Source: an uncultured Acidimicrobiia bacterium
Lineage (GTDB): Bacteria > Actinomycetota > Acidimicrobiia > IMCC26256 > JAENVU01
Reading direction: 5' to 3'
DNA length: 64,000 bases
NCBI GenBank assembly: GCA_963765075.1
Contig: CAVXVA010000001.1
Location: forward strand, 66,051 to 130,050
The first letter of the stretch is position 1; every line of letters begins with the position of its first letter. Below are positions 21,810 through 31,182 of the stretch, piece after piece. The notes under the pieces are model-generated. The model had not been told where the DNA came from. It saw only the letters and a list, made by a program, of their open reading frames with translations, and made no database searches. A program made the translations under genes and the position numbers.

Positions 21810-22390
21810 TAGTGCTCCGTTTCTCGTTCGATCCGGTTCAGGTCATCCGGGGTGTCAATGTCGTCGGGGCGCCCGGTGCCGTCACATGGCACGTCCAGGG
21901 GAACCACCGATTCCATGAGTGCCCGGGCTCCGACATCTCCACGCAGCGTACGCACTTGCGGCCAGAGATCTCGGCCGATGAGCACCGGGTGCTGGCGTTC
22001 GCCGCCGTAGGTGGCGACGGCGAAGTCGGCGCCGGCCGCGTACGCGGCGGCCAGCCGCCGGTACGCGTCGGGGCCGATGAGCGGTTGATCCGCCAGTCCG
22101 ACGCACACGGCACCGACCTGCCGCCATCCCTCGAGCGCTTGTACCAGGGCCCGCAGACTGTGCGCGATTCCCAGGCGAGCCGCGGGCGCCCGCACGACGT
22201 CGACTCCGGCCGGGAGCACCGACTCGATCTTCAAAGCGAACTGGGCCACCACGACCACGATCGGTCGGAGCTCCGATGCGAGGGCCGCGTCGACCGCATG
22301 GCGCACGAGAGGCGTACCACCGAGCGGGGCCACCACCTTGCCCCCACCGAACCGGCGCGCGCGGCCGGCCGCGAGTATTCCGACGGCCAC
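21809..22390 (-). CDS. MocA/YgfJ-like nucleotidyltransferase (molybdenum cofactor cytidylyltransferase family)
   Basis: 193-aa ORF (GTG start). ILAAGRARRFGGGKVVAPLGG is the NTP_transf_3 glycine-rich loop, followed by LADQPLI and a C-terminal DIDTPDDL. Confidence 0.75.
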   Translation of the reverse strand: MAVGILAAGRARRFGGGKVVAPLGGTPLVRHAVDAALASELRPIVVVVAQFALKIESVLPAGVDVVRAPAARLGIAHSLRALVQALEGWRQVGAVCVGLADQPLIGPDAYRRLAAAYAAGADFAVATYGGERQHPVLIGRDLWPQVRTLRGDVGARALMESVVPLDVPCDGTGRPDDIDTPDDLNRIERETEH

Positions 22391-22410
22391 CTCGCCGCGG
22401 TGATCGGAAC

Positions 22411-23232
22411 TCAGCCGATTGCCTCGAGGGCGCGCCGGGTCAGCACCCGGGCCAGATGGGCGCGGTACTCGGAGGTGGCGTTGATGTCGGCCGACGGATC
22501 GGTCCCCTCGGCCGCGGCCTGGGCCGCGTCAGCGGGACTCGCGCCATTGGTCAACGCCGCCTCGACCGCTCGCGCTCGCAACGGGATCGACCCCATGTTG
22601 ACCAACCCCACGCGCGTCGTCCCACCGGCGCGCACTGCGACGGATCCGACGATCGCCCAGTCCTGGGCCCGGCGGTTGAACTTTTCGTAAGCGAACCCGT
22701 TCGGTCCCGACTTGGGGACGCGGATCTCGCTCAGCAGCTCATCGGGCGCGAGCGCGGTCTCGAGGAATCCCCGGAAGAACTCGGTCGCCGGCACCACCCG
22801 CTCACCCGCCGAACCCCGGATGACGAAATCGGCATCGAGCGCGAGCAGCACGGCGGGCAGATCGCTGGCCGCGTCGCCGTGCGCAACCGAGCCCCCGATC
22901 GTGCCGCGGTGGCGTACCTGGTTGTCGCCGACCTCGGCCGCGACCGCCCGCACGACGCCGCACTCGGCACCAAGCAGGTCGTTGGTCTCGAGGTCCCGAT
23001 GGCGCGTGAGCGCGCCGATCGCGAGGTGATCGCCAGCGTCGCGCACGTACCGCAACTCATCGAGCCGACCGGCATCGACCAGCACGCTCGGCACCGCCAG
23101 TCGCAACTTCATCAGCGGGAGGAGCGACATCCCGCCGGCGAGAATCTTCGCCTCGTCGCCGTGCTCGGTCAGGGTGGCGAGCAACGCGTCGATCGAATCG
23201 GCGCGCACGTAGTCGAACGCCGCGGGGATCAT
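22411..23232 (-). CDS. Molybdenum hydroxylase FAD-binding medium subunit (CoxM / xanthine dehydrogenase subunit M family)
   Basis: ORF 22411..23424 trimmed to ATG 23232 (ATGA overlap with the coxS-like stop). It has [48 protein letters not shown] and the CO_deh_flav_C tail. Confidence 0.85.
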   Translation of the reverse strand: MIPAAFDYVRADSIDALLATLTEHGDEAKILAGGMSLLPLMKLRLAVPSVLVDAGRLDELRYVRDAGDHLAIGALTRHRDLETNDLLGAECGVVRAVAAEVGDNQVRHRGTIGGSVAHGDAASDLPAVLLALDADFVIRGSAGERVVPATEFFRGFLETALAPDELLSEIRVPKSGPNGFAYEKFNRRAQDWAIVGSVAVRAGGTTRVGLVNMGSIPLRARAVEAALTNGASPADAAQAAAEGTDPSADINATSEYRAHLARVLTRRALEAIG

Positions 23233-23714
23233 TGGGCCGCCTTCGTGGTCCCCGTCTTCATGGTCTCGGCGGCACCGAGCACCGCGGCCACGATGTTCTG
23301 GTAGCCGGTGCAACGGCACAGGTTGCCTTCGAGCCCGAGCCGCACTTCCCGATCGGTGGGGTCCGGGTTCTCGTCGAGGAATCCGACCGCGGCCATGATC
23401 ATCCCCGCGGTGCAGTAGCCACACTGCAGGCCGTGGTGCTCATGAAACGCCTGTTGCACGGCATGCCAGTTCGGTCCATCAGCGAGGCCTTCGATCGTCG
23501 TGACCGTCGAGCCGTCGGCCTGCGCGGCCAGCATCGTGCACGACTTCACCGACTCACCATCGACCAAGACCGTGCACGCGCCACAACTCGAGGTGTCGCA
23601 CCCCACTTTCGTGCCGGTCAGACCGGCCGACTCTCGCAGGTACTGCACGAGCAACATGCGGGGTTCGACATCGTGGCTCTGCGCGGCTCCGTTGACCGTC
23701 ATCGCGATCTGCAT
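23229..23714 (-). CDS. Molybdenum hydroxylase [2Fe-2S] small subunit (CoxS family)
   Basis: 161-aa ORF with both cluster motifs: [12 protein letters not shown] and [11 protein letters not shown]...[11 protein letters not shown]. Confidence 0.9.
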   Translation of the reverse strand: MQIAMTVNGAAQSHDVEPRMLLVQYLRESAGLTGTKVGCDTSSCGACTVLVDGESVKSCTMLAAQADGSTVTTIEGLADGPNWHAVQQAFHEHHGLQCGYCTAGMIMAAVGFLDENPDPTDREVRLGLEGNLCRCTGYQNIVAAVLGAAETMKTGTTKAAQ

Positions 23715-23750
23715 CCCGGGATACTGTCAGATCGCGTGGGGGTGCACGGT

Positions 23751-24215
23751 TTACAACTCGGCCAACACCTTTGCCAGCGCCTTCGGCTTCTTGAAGATGG
23801 CTTTGACCGTGCCTTGGTAGCGATACCGAACGATGCCGGTTTCGTCCACGATGAAGACCGATCGCTTGACCGGCATCGCCTTGTTGCCTTTCACGCCGAA
23901 CGAATCGGCGACGGCGAGGTCGACGTCGGCCAGCAAAGCGAAGGGGAACTCCTCTTTGGCGATCCACTTCTCGTGGGAGTCCACGTCTTGGGGTGAGATG
24001 CCGAGCACGACCGCGCCGGCTTGCTCGAACTCCGCGATGTCATCACGGTACGAGCGCAGTTGGATTGTTCAGCCGGGGGTGAAGTCACCCGGATAGAAGG
24101 CGATGACCACCTTCCGGCCCCGGAACTCGGACAACGTGTAGTCCCGTCGCGTCTGCCCTTCGACTCCGGGGAGGGTGAAGTCAGGGGCGGCGTCGCCGAC
24201 CTCGGGTCCACTCAT
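23751..24215 (-). CDS. bcp: Bcp/PrxQ-type peroxiredoxin with an in-frame TGA (24071..24069) at the peroxidatic Cys position; candidate selenoprotein or nonsense-disrupted gene
   Basis: The ORF track shows only the last 85 codons. Translating from ATG 24215 (GGAAGGA 7 nt upstream) gives [48 protein letters not shown]-[TGA][35 protein letters not shown]... in one frame. This is colinear with E. coli Bcp (FYPKAMTPGCTVQACGLRD). Confidence 0.75.
24023..24055 (-). other. SECIS-like stem-loop 13 nt downstream of the bcp TGA
   Basis: In mRNA sense the fold is GCUCG-UA-CCGUGAU-GAC-AUCGCGG-AGUU-CGAGC. That is a 5-bp lower stem, an internal loop and a 7-bp upper stem with one G.U, capped by a G-containing apical loop about 28 nt after the UGA. 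The G.U pair becomes a C.A mismatch on the opposite strand. Folded by eye only. Confidence 0.35.
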
Positions 24216-24243
24216 ATTGATGTCCTTCCGGTGAGGTCGTCGA

Positions 24244-24996
24244 TCACGACATTGCGGCTTCGAGCACAGACTCGGAGATGTCGAAGTTGGCGTAGACGTT
24301 CTGCACGTCGTCGTGTTCCTCCAGCGTGTCGATCACCCGCAGCACCGACTTCGCCGTCGACGCGTCCTCGAGCGGGACGGTCTGTTGCGGGAGCCGGGTC
24401 ACGTCGCAGCTCAAGAACGCGATGCCCGCGTCTTCGAGCGCGGCGCGCACGGCCGTGAGGTCGGCCGCCGCCGTAACGACCGTCCACGTTTCGCCGTGGT
24501 CCTCGACGTCTTCGGCGCCGGCATCGAGCACTGCGAGCATGAGGTCGTCTTCATCGGCCGCCGACTTCTCGATGAGCACGAGGCCCTTGCGCTCGAACTG
24601 CCACGCCACTGCGCCCGGCTCCGAGAGCGACCCGCCATTGCGAGTGAAGATGTTCTTGACCTCGGATCCCGTGCGATTCCGGTTGTCGGTCAGCGTCTCG
24701 ACCAGCACCGCCACGCCGTGGGGCGCGTAGCCCTCGTAGTTGACCTCTTCGTAGCTGACGCCCTCGAGTTCACCGATCCCCCGCTTGATCGCGCGTTCGA
24801 TGTTGTCCTTGGGCATCGAGGCGTCGCGCGCCTTCTGCACCATGGTCCGCAGCGTGGGGTTCCCCTCGATGTCGCCACCACCCTGGCGGGCGGCAACTTC
24901 AATCTGTCGGGCGAGGCGGGCGAAGACCTTGCCCCGGGCGGCATCGGCCGCACCCTTCGCGTGCTTGATCGAATGCCACTTGGAATGGCCAGACAT
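24244..24996 (-). CDS. yebC: YebC/PmpR family DNA-binding transcriptional regulator
   Basis: 250-aa ORF starting [23 protein letters not shown], the invariant YebC N-terminus. Confidence 0.95.
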   Translation of the reverse strand: MSGHSKWHSIKHAKGAADAARGKVFARLARQIEVAARQGGGDIEGNPTLRTMVQKARDASMPKDNIERAIKRGIGELEGVSYEEVNYEGYAPHGVAVLVETLTDNRNRTGSEVKNIFTRNGGSLSEPGAVAWQFERKGLVLIEKSAADEDDLMLAVLDAGAEDVEDHGETWTVVTAAADLTAVRAALEDAGIAFLSCDVTRLPQQTVPLEDASTAKSVLRVIDTLEEHDDVQNVYANFDISESVLEAAMS

Positions 24997-25569
24997 CTAG
25001 GCAACCTCCTGCAGGAACCGTTCGTGAACTCGGAAGTCTCCGGCGAGCTCGGGATGGAATGCGCTGACCCACACGTGGCCTTCTCGGGCGAACACCGGAC
25101 GCCCATTGTGCTCTGCCAGCACCTCGACCGCACCTCCGACCGATTCGATGGCCGGTGCCCGGATGAAGACCCCGCGAAACGGGCCGCCCGCCAGGGCCGA
25201 GATCTCCAGGTCGACCTCGAACGAATCGCGCTGGCGACCGTAGGCATTGCGCCGGGCGACGATGTCGATCGCGTCGAGGGGCACCTGATCGGCCCGCCCG
25301 TCGACGACCTCGTGGGCCAAGACGATGAGACCGGCACAGGTGCCCAACACCGGGAGACCGTCGGCGATCGCGGCGGTGAGTGGCTCGCGGAGCTCGGCCG
25401 AAGCCAACAGGTGCGAGATGGTCGTCGACTCGCCGCCGGGGATCACCAAGAGATCGATCGCACCAAGATGTTCGGGGGTGCGGACGTCGACGGTCTCCGC
25501 GCCCAACGTTGCCAGGATTTCGCGATGTTCTCGAAACGCACCCTGGAGTGCGAGGACCCCGGCCTTCAC
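24997..25569 (-). CDS. pdxT: Pyridoxal 5'-phosphate synthase glutaminase subunit PdxT
   Basis: 190-aa ORF with [18 protein letters not shown], the catalytic Cys in GTCAGLI and FHPE. Confidence 0.95.
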   Translation of the reverse strand: MKAGVLALQGAFREHREILATLGAETVDVRTPEHLGAIDLLVIPGGESTTISHLLASAELREPLTAAIADGLPVLGTCAGLIVLAHEVVDGRADQVPLDAIDIVARRNAYGRQRDSFEVDLEISALAGGPFRGVFIRAPAIESVGGAVEVLAEHNGRPVFAREGHVWVSAFHPELAGDFRVHERFLQEVA

Positions 25570-26459
25570 CAGCCGCGGTCGGCAAACGTCACGTCGAGCT
25601 GGCCGATCTCGGCACCGGGCATCGCCGCACCGAGGCCGCGCGAGACCTTGGTGACGATCGACGCGTCGGCAAAGTGGGTGGTGGCCTCGACGATCGCCTT
25701 CGCCATGATCTCGGGCTGCTCGCTCTTGAAGATCCCCGAGCCCACGAACACCGCCTGCGCGCCCAGTTGCATCACGAGTGCGGCATCGGCCGGGGTCGCA
25801 ATCCCGCCGGCACAGAACATCGGGACCGGGAGCTCGCCGCGCTGCGCGACCTCCTGGACCAGATCGAGCGGAGCCCGGAGTTCCTTGGCCCAGCCGAACA
25901 GTTCCTCCGGGCTCGCGGTGGTCATCGAGCGGATGTCACCGAGAATCGAACGCAGATGACGCACGGCCTCGACGATGTTGCCCGTACCCGCTTCACCCTT
26001 GGATCGGATCATGCATGCGCCTTCGCTGATCCGACGCAACGCCTCACCGAGGTTGGTCGCACCACAGACGAACGGCACGGTGAAGGCCCACTTGTCGACG
26101 TGATATGCCTCGTCGGCCGGCGTCAACACCTCGGACTCGTCGATGTAGTCGACTCCGAGCGACTGGAGGACCTGGGCTTCGGCGAAGTGGCCGATCCGAC
26201 ATTTGGCCATCACGGGAATCGTGACCGCGGCCTGGATTCCCTCGATCATCGCCGGGTCCGACATCCGCGCCACCCCGCCGTCGCGACGAATGTCCGACGG
26301 CACCCGCTCGAGCGCCATCACTGCGGTCGCGCCGGCGTCTTCGGCGATCCGGGCCTGCTCGGCGTCAACAACGTCCATGATGACGCCGCCGCGCAGCATC
26401 TCGGCCAGGCCCCGCTTGACCCGCGCCGTGCCGATGTCAGGAGTATCGGATCCGCTCAT
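25566..26459 (-). CDS. pdxS: Pyridoxal 5'-phosphate synthase lyase subunit PdxS
   Basis: 297-aa ORF with [24 protein letters not shown] and [15 protein letters not shown]. Confidence 0.95.
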   Translation of the reverse strand: MSGSDTPDIGTARVKRGLAEMLRGGVIMDVVDAEQARIAEDAGATAVMALERVPSDIRRDGGVARMSDPAMIEGIQAAVTIPVMAKCRIGHFAEAQVLQSLGVDYIDESEVLTPADEAYHVDKWAFTVPFVCGATNLGEALRRISEGACMIRSKGEAGTGNIVEAVRHLRSILGDIRSMTTASPEELFGWAKELRAPLDLVQEVAQRGELPVPMFCAGGIATPADAALVMQLGAQAVFVGSGIFKSEQPEIMAKAIVEATTHFADASIVTKVSRGLGAAMPGAEIGQLDVTFADRGW

Positions 26460-26523
26460 TACTCACCTCGAAGTGAACCTGCGTGACCCGCCGATGCTAC
26501 CGGTGGGCGCGCCGAGGTCCCGA

Positions 26524-27555
26524 CTACTTGTTGGGTGGCGTGGCCGCAGGAGCCGGGATGACGGTGATCGCGTAACTCGGGTCGGGGAGTTCGACCCAGG
26601 TCGAACCGGGGGTGAGCCTGATCGGCACGCCATTGGGATCGACGAACTTCATCGGTTGTGCCTTGTCGGGCCGACTCCAGGTGCCATCGATGACGGCGCC
26701 GTTGGTGAAGATCTTCACGGGCCCTTCGCCGACGAGTTGGGCCTCGGCCCCGATTTGGCCGACGCCACCGGCGTAGGGAACCGGGAGCACGACGACGTTC
26801 TTCGGCGCGATCTGGGCTCCGGACTTCGTGAGGAATGGTCCGGCCGAGGTGGACCGCAGCCAGGTGCCCGAGGCTGGGTCCCAGGTGTAGGTCGGGGCGA
26901 ACTCGCGGTTGGAGAACGCGATGGTGACGCCGGCGACGGCGATTCCCTGGGTCGATACCTTCCGGACATAGTCGAACAGTGGCGGAGGCGGAACCGGCTG
27001 GCCGCCCTTCGTGAACAGTTCCGCCGGCCGGGCGTAGAGATTGTGCGGAGCTTGCCGGCTGGAATCACGGAACATCGCGCTCCCTGCCCGGCTCTCATCC
27101 ACGAGCGTGACCGGAGCCTGGGTGATCCCGTCGATCGCGTACTTGGCACCACCCGAGAACGCGAACACTCCTCCGACCGGCCACACGATGAGCGAATCGG
27201 TCAGCCGCACCGACCGCACCGGTCCGACCACGTCGGGGACCTGCGAGTGGAACATGGCGAGGAAGCGGGTGGCCTCGCCCTCCACGACCTCGTCCCACAC
27301 GATGTCGGCCTGTTCGATGCCCGTTTGGGGGCGCGCCTTGCTGGAGTCGTTGTCGATCTTGATGGAGACGACCGGGCGACCCTGCGCCCCGCCATCGAGA
27401 TCCGGAAGTCCGGTGAGCGGCGCGACCGGTGGTGGGGCCGTGGTGGTCGTGGTCGACGGCTTCGCCTTGGGCTTCGGCGTTGCCTTGCTCTCGCTCCCAC
27501 CACACCCGGCGACGGCAATCACCGCACCCACGACGACCGCGAGCGCCCTCTTCAC
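26524..27555 (-). CDS. DUF3048 domain-containing lipoprotein
   Basis: ORF 26524..28320 trimmed to GTG 27555 (GGAGG upstream; GTGA overlap with the htpX stop). It has a lipobox (VIAVAGCGG), a Thr/Pro linker and then PLTGLP...RPVVSIKIDN...GIEQADIVWDEVVEGEATRFLAMFHS, typical of DUF3048. Confidence 0.8.
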   Translation of the reverse strand: MKRALAVVVGAVIAVAGCGGSESKATPKPKAKPSTTTTTAPPPVAPLTGLPDLDGGAQGRPVVSIKIDNDSSKARPQTGIEQADIVWDEVVEGEATRFLAMFHSQVPDVVGPVRSVRLTDSLIVWPVGGVFAFSGGAKYAIDGITQAPVTLVDESRAGSAMFRDSSRQAPHNLYARPAELFTKGGQPVPPPPLFDYVRKVSTQGIAVAGVTIAFSNREFAPTYTWDPASGTWLRSTSAGPFLTKSGAQIAPKNVVVLPVPYAGGVGQIGAEAQLVGEGPVKIFTNGAVIDGTWSRPDKAQPMKFVDPNGVPIRLTPGSTWVELPDPSYAITVIPAPAATPPNK

Positions 27556-28481
27556 ATTGCCTCCAGGGCGGCGATCCGCTCGGCGAGCGGGGGGTGAGTA
27601 TCGAACTTGCGATTGAGCTTGTTGCCCCGTGCGGTCGCGCCCGGCGCCTTGTCGTTCTCGCGTTCGAGTGGACTCTCGATCCAAAGTTGGGCGGTGGCTC
27701 GAGTGGCGTGGTGGACCACGGTCTGATCCTCCTGCAGCTTCTTCAGCGCCGAAATCAGCCCCGGCGGGTAGCGAGTGAGCTGCACGCCCGACGCGTCGGC
27801 GAGGAGTTCGCGCCGCCGACTCACCGCGAACTGCATCAGCTGCGCCGCGAAGGGTGCCAGCACCAACAACGCCATCGCGAGAATCGCCAGGATCATGCCG
27901 GCGCCGCCGCTGTTGTTGTTGTCGTTGCGCTCGGAGCGGCCACCGAACCACATGAAGCGCAATCCCAGGTCGGCCATGAGCGCCACCGCGCCGACCGCCG
28001 TCACCGCGATCGTCGAGACCAGGATGTCGTAGTTGCGCACGTGGCTGAGCTCGTGAGCCAACACGCCCTCGAGTTCGACTCGGTTCATAATGGCCAGCAG
28101 ACCCGTGGTAACGGCCAGGGCCGCGTGTTCGGGGTTGCGACCGGTCGCGAACGCGTTCGGTGCCGGATCGTCGACCACGTAGAGCCGAGGTTTGGGCAGG
28201 CCCGCCGCGATGCACAGGCCTTCGACGAGGTTGTGATAGCGGGCGTACTCGGGACCGTCGGCCGGCGTGGCCCGGCTCGCGGCCAGCGCGATCTTGTCCG
28301 ACAGGAAGTACGAGGTCCACGCCATTCCGATCGCGATCGCGATCGCGATCGGCACGATGGCCACACCGGCCCGGAACAAGACGCCGAGCGCGACCGCGAC
28401 CGCCGCGATGAGGAACACGAAGGCGGCCAGCATCAAGAACGTGCGGCGCTTGTTGCGCGCGATTTGTTCGTACATTCCCAC
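27552..28481 (-). CDS. htpX: Zinc metalloprotease HtpX (peptidase M48)
   Basis: 309-aa ORF with TM helices, the HELSHVRNYD zinc motif and a C-terminal THPPLAERI. Confidence 0.9.
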   Translation of the reverse strand: MGMYEQIARNKRRTFLMLAAFVFLIAAVAVALGVLFRAGVAIVPIAIAIAIGMAWTSYFLSDKIALAASRATPADGPEYARYHNLVEGLCIAAGLPKPRLYVVDDPAPNAFATGRNPEHAALAVTTGLLAIMNRVELEGVLAHELSHVRNYDILVSTIAVTAVGAVALMADLGLRFMWFGGRSERNDNNNSGGAGMILAILAMALLVLAPFAAQLMQFAVSRRRELLADASGVQLTRYPPGLISALKKLQEDQTVVHHATRATAQLWIESPLERENDKAPGATARGNKLNRKFDTHPPLAERIAALEAM

Positions 28482-28502
28482 GAGGTCAGCTCTCAGCGAG
28501 GG

Positions 28503-29060
28503 TTAGAACTGGACCGAGACCGGGCCCTGCTCCGTCGGGTCACCCTCGAAGTACTCGCGGGCCGTGAAGTTGAACATTCCGGCCAACACGTTGGCCGGAA
28601 CCGCCTGGATCTTGTTGTTGTAGCCGAGCACGGAGTCGTTGTAGAACTGCCGTGAATAGGCGATCTTGTCCTCGGTCGAGGTGATCTCTTCCTGCAGCGA
28701 CAGGAAGTTCTGGTTCGCCTTCAGGTCCGGGTACGCCTCGGCGACGGCAAACAAGCTCTTCAGCGTGCCGCTCAGCGCGTTCTCCGCCTGCGCCTGGGCC
28801 CGGGGGGTCCCGTTTTCGGCGTTGATGGCGTTGGCCCGGGCCGCGGTGACGGCCTCGAACACGCCCTTCTCGTGGGCGGCGTAGCCCTTGACCGTCTCGA
28901 CCAGGTTCGGGATCAGATCGTGGCGGCGCTTGAGTTGCACCGCGATCTGGGAGAACGCGTTGTCGATGCGGTTGCGGGTCTTGACCAGGCCGTTGTACGT
29001 CACGACGACGAAAAGGACCAGCAAGACCACCACCACTGCGATGATGATCCAAATAGCCAT
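28503..29060 (-). CDS. LemA family protein
   Basis: 185-aa ORF with an N-terminal TM helix, then [35 protein letters not shown] and [10 protein letters not shown]. Confidence 0.9.
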   Translation of the reverse strand: MAIWIIIAVVVVLLVLFVVVTYNGLVKTRNRIDNAFSQIAVQLKRRHDLIPNLVETVKGYAAHEKGVFEAVTAARANAINAENGTPRAQAQAENALSGTLKSLFAVAEAYPDLKANQNFLSLQEEITSTEDKIAYSRQFYNDSVLGYNNKIQAVPANVLAGMFNFTAREYFEGDPTEQGPVSVQF

Positions 29061-29104
29061 TGAAGCTCCTCAGGGGACGATCGTGCCCACCATCGTAGAG
29101 GCGA

Positions 29105-30212
29105 TCAGGCCGGAACCGACGGCACCGCCGAGCCACCGATGGCAATCGCCTGCTCGTAGACCTCTACGTAGCGCTCGGCGAGTCGATGGAGCGAGAACTC
29201 CAGCACATGCTCGGACGCCGCAGTTTCCAGGCGGGTCCGGAGTCGGCTCGGAATCGAGCAACTGGGCCAACCCCACGCGGAGGGCGTCGGGATCGTCCGG
29301 GGCGACGAGGAGTGCATTGACGTCGTGGTGGGCCACGTTGCGATAGCCCGGGATGTCCGAGGCCAACACGGCCGTGCCGGCGGCCATCCCTTCGAGCAAG
29401 ACGATGCCGAAGGACTCCTGACCGAGCGCCGGGGCACAGAACACGGTCGCGCCGCCCAGGCGGGCGAGTTTCTCGGGTTCGGAGATGCGCCCGAGCCACT
29501 CGACGTTTGGCGTGTTTCGGGCCTGGAGCGACTCCGTCTCGGGGCCATCGGAGGCAACCCACAATGTCGCGTCCCGATCGAGTCCCGCCCAGGCGTCGAG
29601 GAGGACCTCGAGCCCTTTCCGCGGCTCGTGACGGCCGAGGAAGAGCACGCTCGGCCGCGGCGTGAGCCAGGGCTCGACCTTCACGAAGGCGTCGACATCG
29701 ACGCCGTTCGGAAGGATCACATAGGTGCCGCCGAGCGCGGCCTCGGCCATCGCCGCCGCGTCCGGGCTGACCGCCACCCGCACGGCCAGGCGCCGGGCGG
29801 CGCTCTCGGCAAGTTTGCGCAGTGCCTTGTATGCCGGCGATCCCGCCTCCCCCGCGGCGTGGAAGGTCCCGACCTTGGGGATTTCACTCCCGAGCAGCGC
29901 CGCACTCGTCGGGCCCGGGACCAATGGTTCGTGCAGGTGCAGCACGTCGGGCGCGAAGGCACGCAGCGCCTCGAGGGTGCGATCCGACGCCACCCGTTGC
30001 TCCTCGGCCATCGGTGAGATCGAACCGTTCGCCGAAAAGCCGACGGTGGCTCCGACCGTGGTGACCCCCGGCTCGGGCGGTGGGCCGTCGGTCGGGCCGA
30101 TCACCCGGGCATCGACACCGATCGCCCGCAAGGCCCGGGCGAGGCCCAGCACCTGGCCCTGCACGCCGCCGGGGACCGACAGCGAATAGGGGCACAGGAT
30201 CGAGACCCGCAT
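29105..30212 (-). pseudogene. pimA: GT4 glycosyltransferase, PimA-like phosphatidylinositol mannosyltransferase; one apparent 1-nt insertion near 29243
   Basis: ORF 29070..30215 carries the GT4 core (LCPYSLSVPGGVQGQV, LFLGRHEPRKG, ESFGIVLLEGMAAGTAVLASDIPGYR). After ...LAQLLDSEP the conserved tail LRTRLETAASEHVLEFSLHRLAERYVEVYEQA continues in ORF 29105..29557. Junction: GAG CCG [A] CTC CGG. Synteny with patA and pgsA supports the assignment. Confidence 0.8.
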
Positions 30213-31178
30213 CACACCGGCACCGACGGCTCATTCGGTGGACTCGGTGGACTCGGTGGACTCGGTGGACTCGGCGGACTCGGTGCGCCCGGTTGGTCGC
30301 TCGGCCAGTTCGGTTGCATGACGTGCCACTGTTCGGGGGCCATGCGAACCGCCTCTTCGAAGCGATGGGCAAGGAGTTGAGTGATCCGAGTCACGTCCTC
30401 GCGGAGCCGACCGCGCCGTTCGACCGGGAGCGGTGCTTCGATCTTCACGAAGTGATGCCCGTGGGGTCGGAAATACACCGCCGTCGGAATCAACGCGGCG
30501 CCGCTGCGAACGGCGAGGGTCGCCGGACCGGCGGGAAGCGTGGTCTCCTCACCGAAGAACTCGACCGGAACCCCGTCGCCCGCGAGATCCCGGTCGGCCA
30601 GCAGACACACCACTCGGTTCGCGCTGGAGTGCCCGGACGACTCCCGACGCGGCCGACGGGCCGAGCGGAATCACCTCCATTCCGATGGCGCGCCGCACGT
30701 CGGCGAACCATTCGAAGAGTTCCGGAGGCTCGACCGCCTCGACCACCACGGTGGGGGCAAGCCCTCGCCCGGCCAGCCAGGCCGCCGCAAAGTCGAAGCC
30801 GCCGACGTGGGGCAGTGCGAGAATCGCCCCGTTCCCGCGTTCGAGTGCCTCGGTGATGTGGTGGAACCCGACCGAGGTGACGCGCTCCTCCACCGAACCG
30901 CGCGCGTCGGCGGGGAGACGAAACAACTCCAACCAGTACCGCCCGTACGAGGCGAAGGTGTCCGAGACCGCCCGTTCGAGCGCGATCCCGTTCAGCGATC
31001 CGTCGGTCGCTCGTTGCAGATTGCGACGCACGATTCGACGTCGACCACTCAAGATCGGGGCGAGCGCCACCGCCCGACCGGTTGTCTCCGCGATCGGCGT
31101 GGCGACGGCCGATGGCAGCGCGTTGGCGACGATGGCGCCCAATCGGTACGCCAGATACGACGGGGAGGGCAGTGCCAC
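30212..31178 (-). pseudogene. patA: Lysophospholipid/PIM acyltransferase (HtrB/PatA family); one frame break near 30625
   Basis: The N-terminal ORF 30549..31178 (YGRYWLELFRLP, LALPHVGGFDFAAAWLA) and the C-terminal ORF 30212..30613 (RVVCLLADRDLAGDGVPVEFFGEETTLPAGPATLA) are halves of one LPLAT-type acyltransferase. The stop overlaps the pimA ATG (TGATG). Confidence 0.75.
30235..30288. repeat. 9-bp tandem repeat (TCGGTGGAC x4, then two degenerate units)
   Basis: Read directly: tcggtggac tcggtggac tcggtggac tcggtggac tcggcggac tcggtgcgc. It encodes the (PSP)n tail PSPPSPPSPPSPPSPP of the patA-like gene. Confidence 0.9.
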
Positions 31179-31182
31179 CGGG

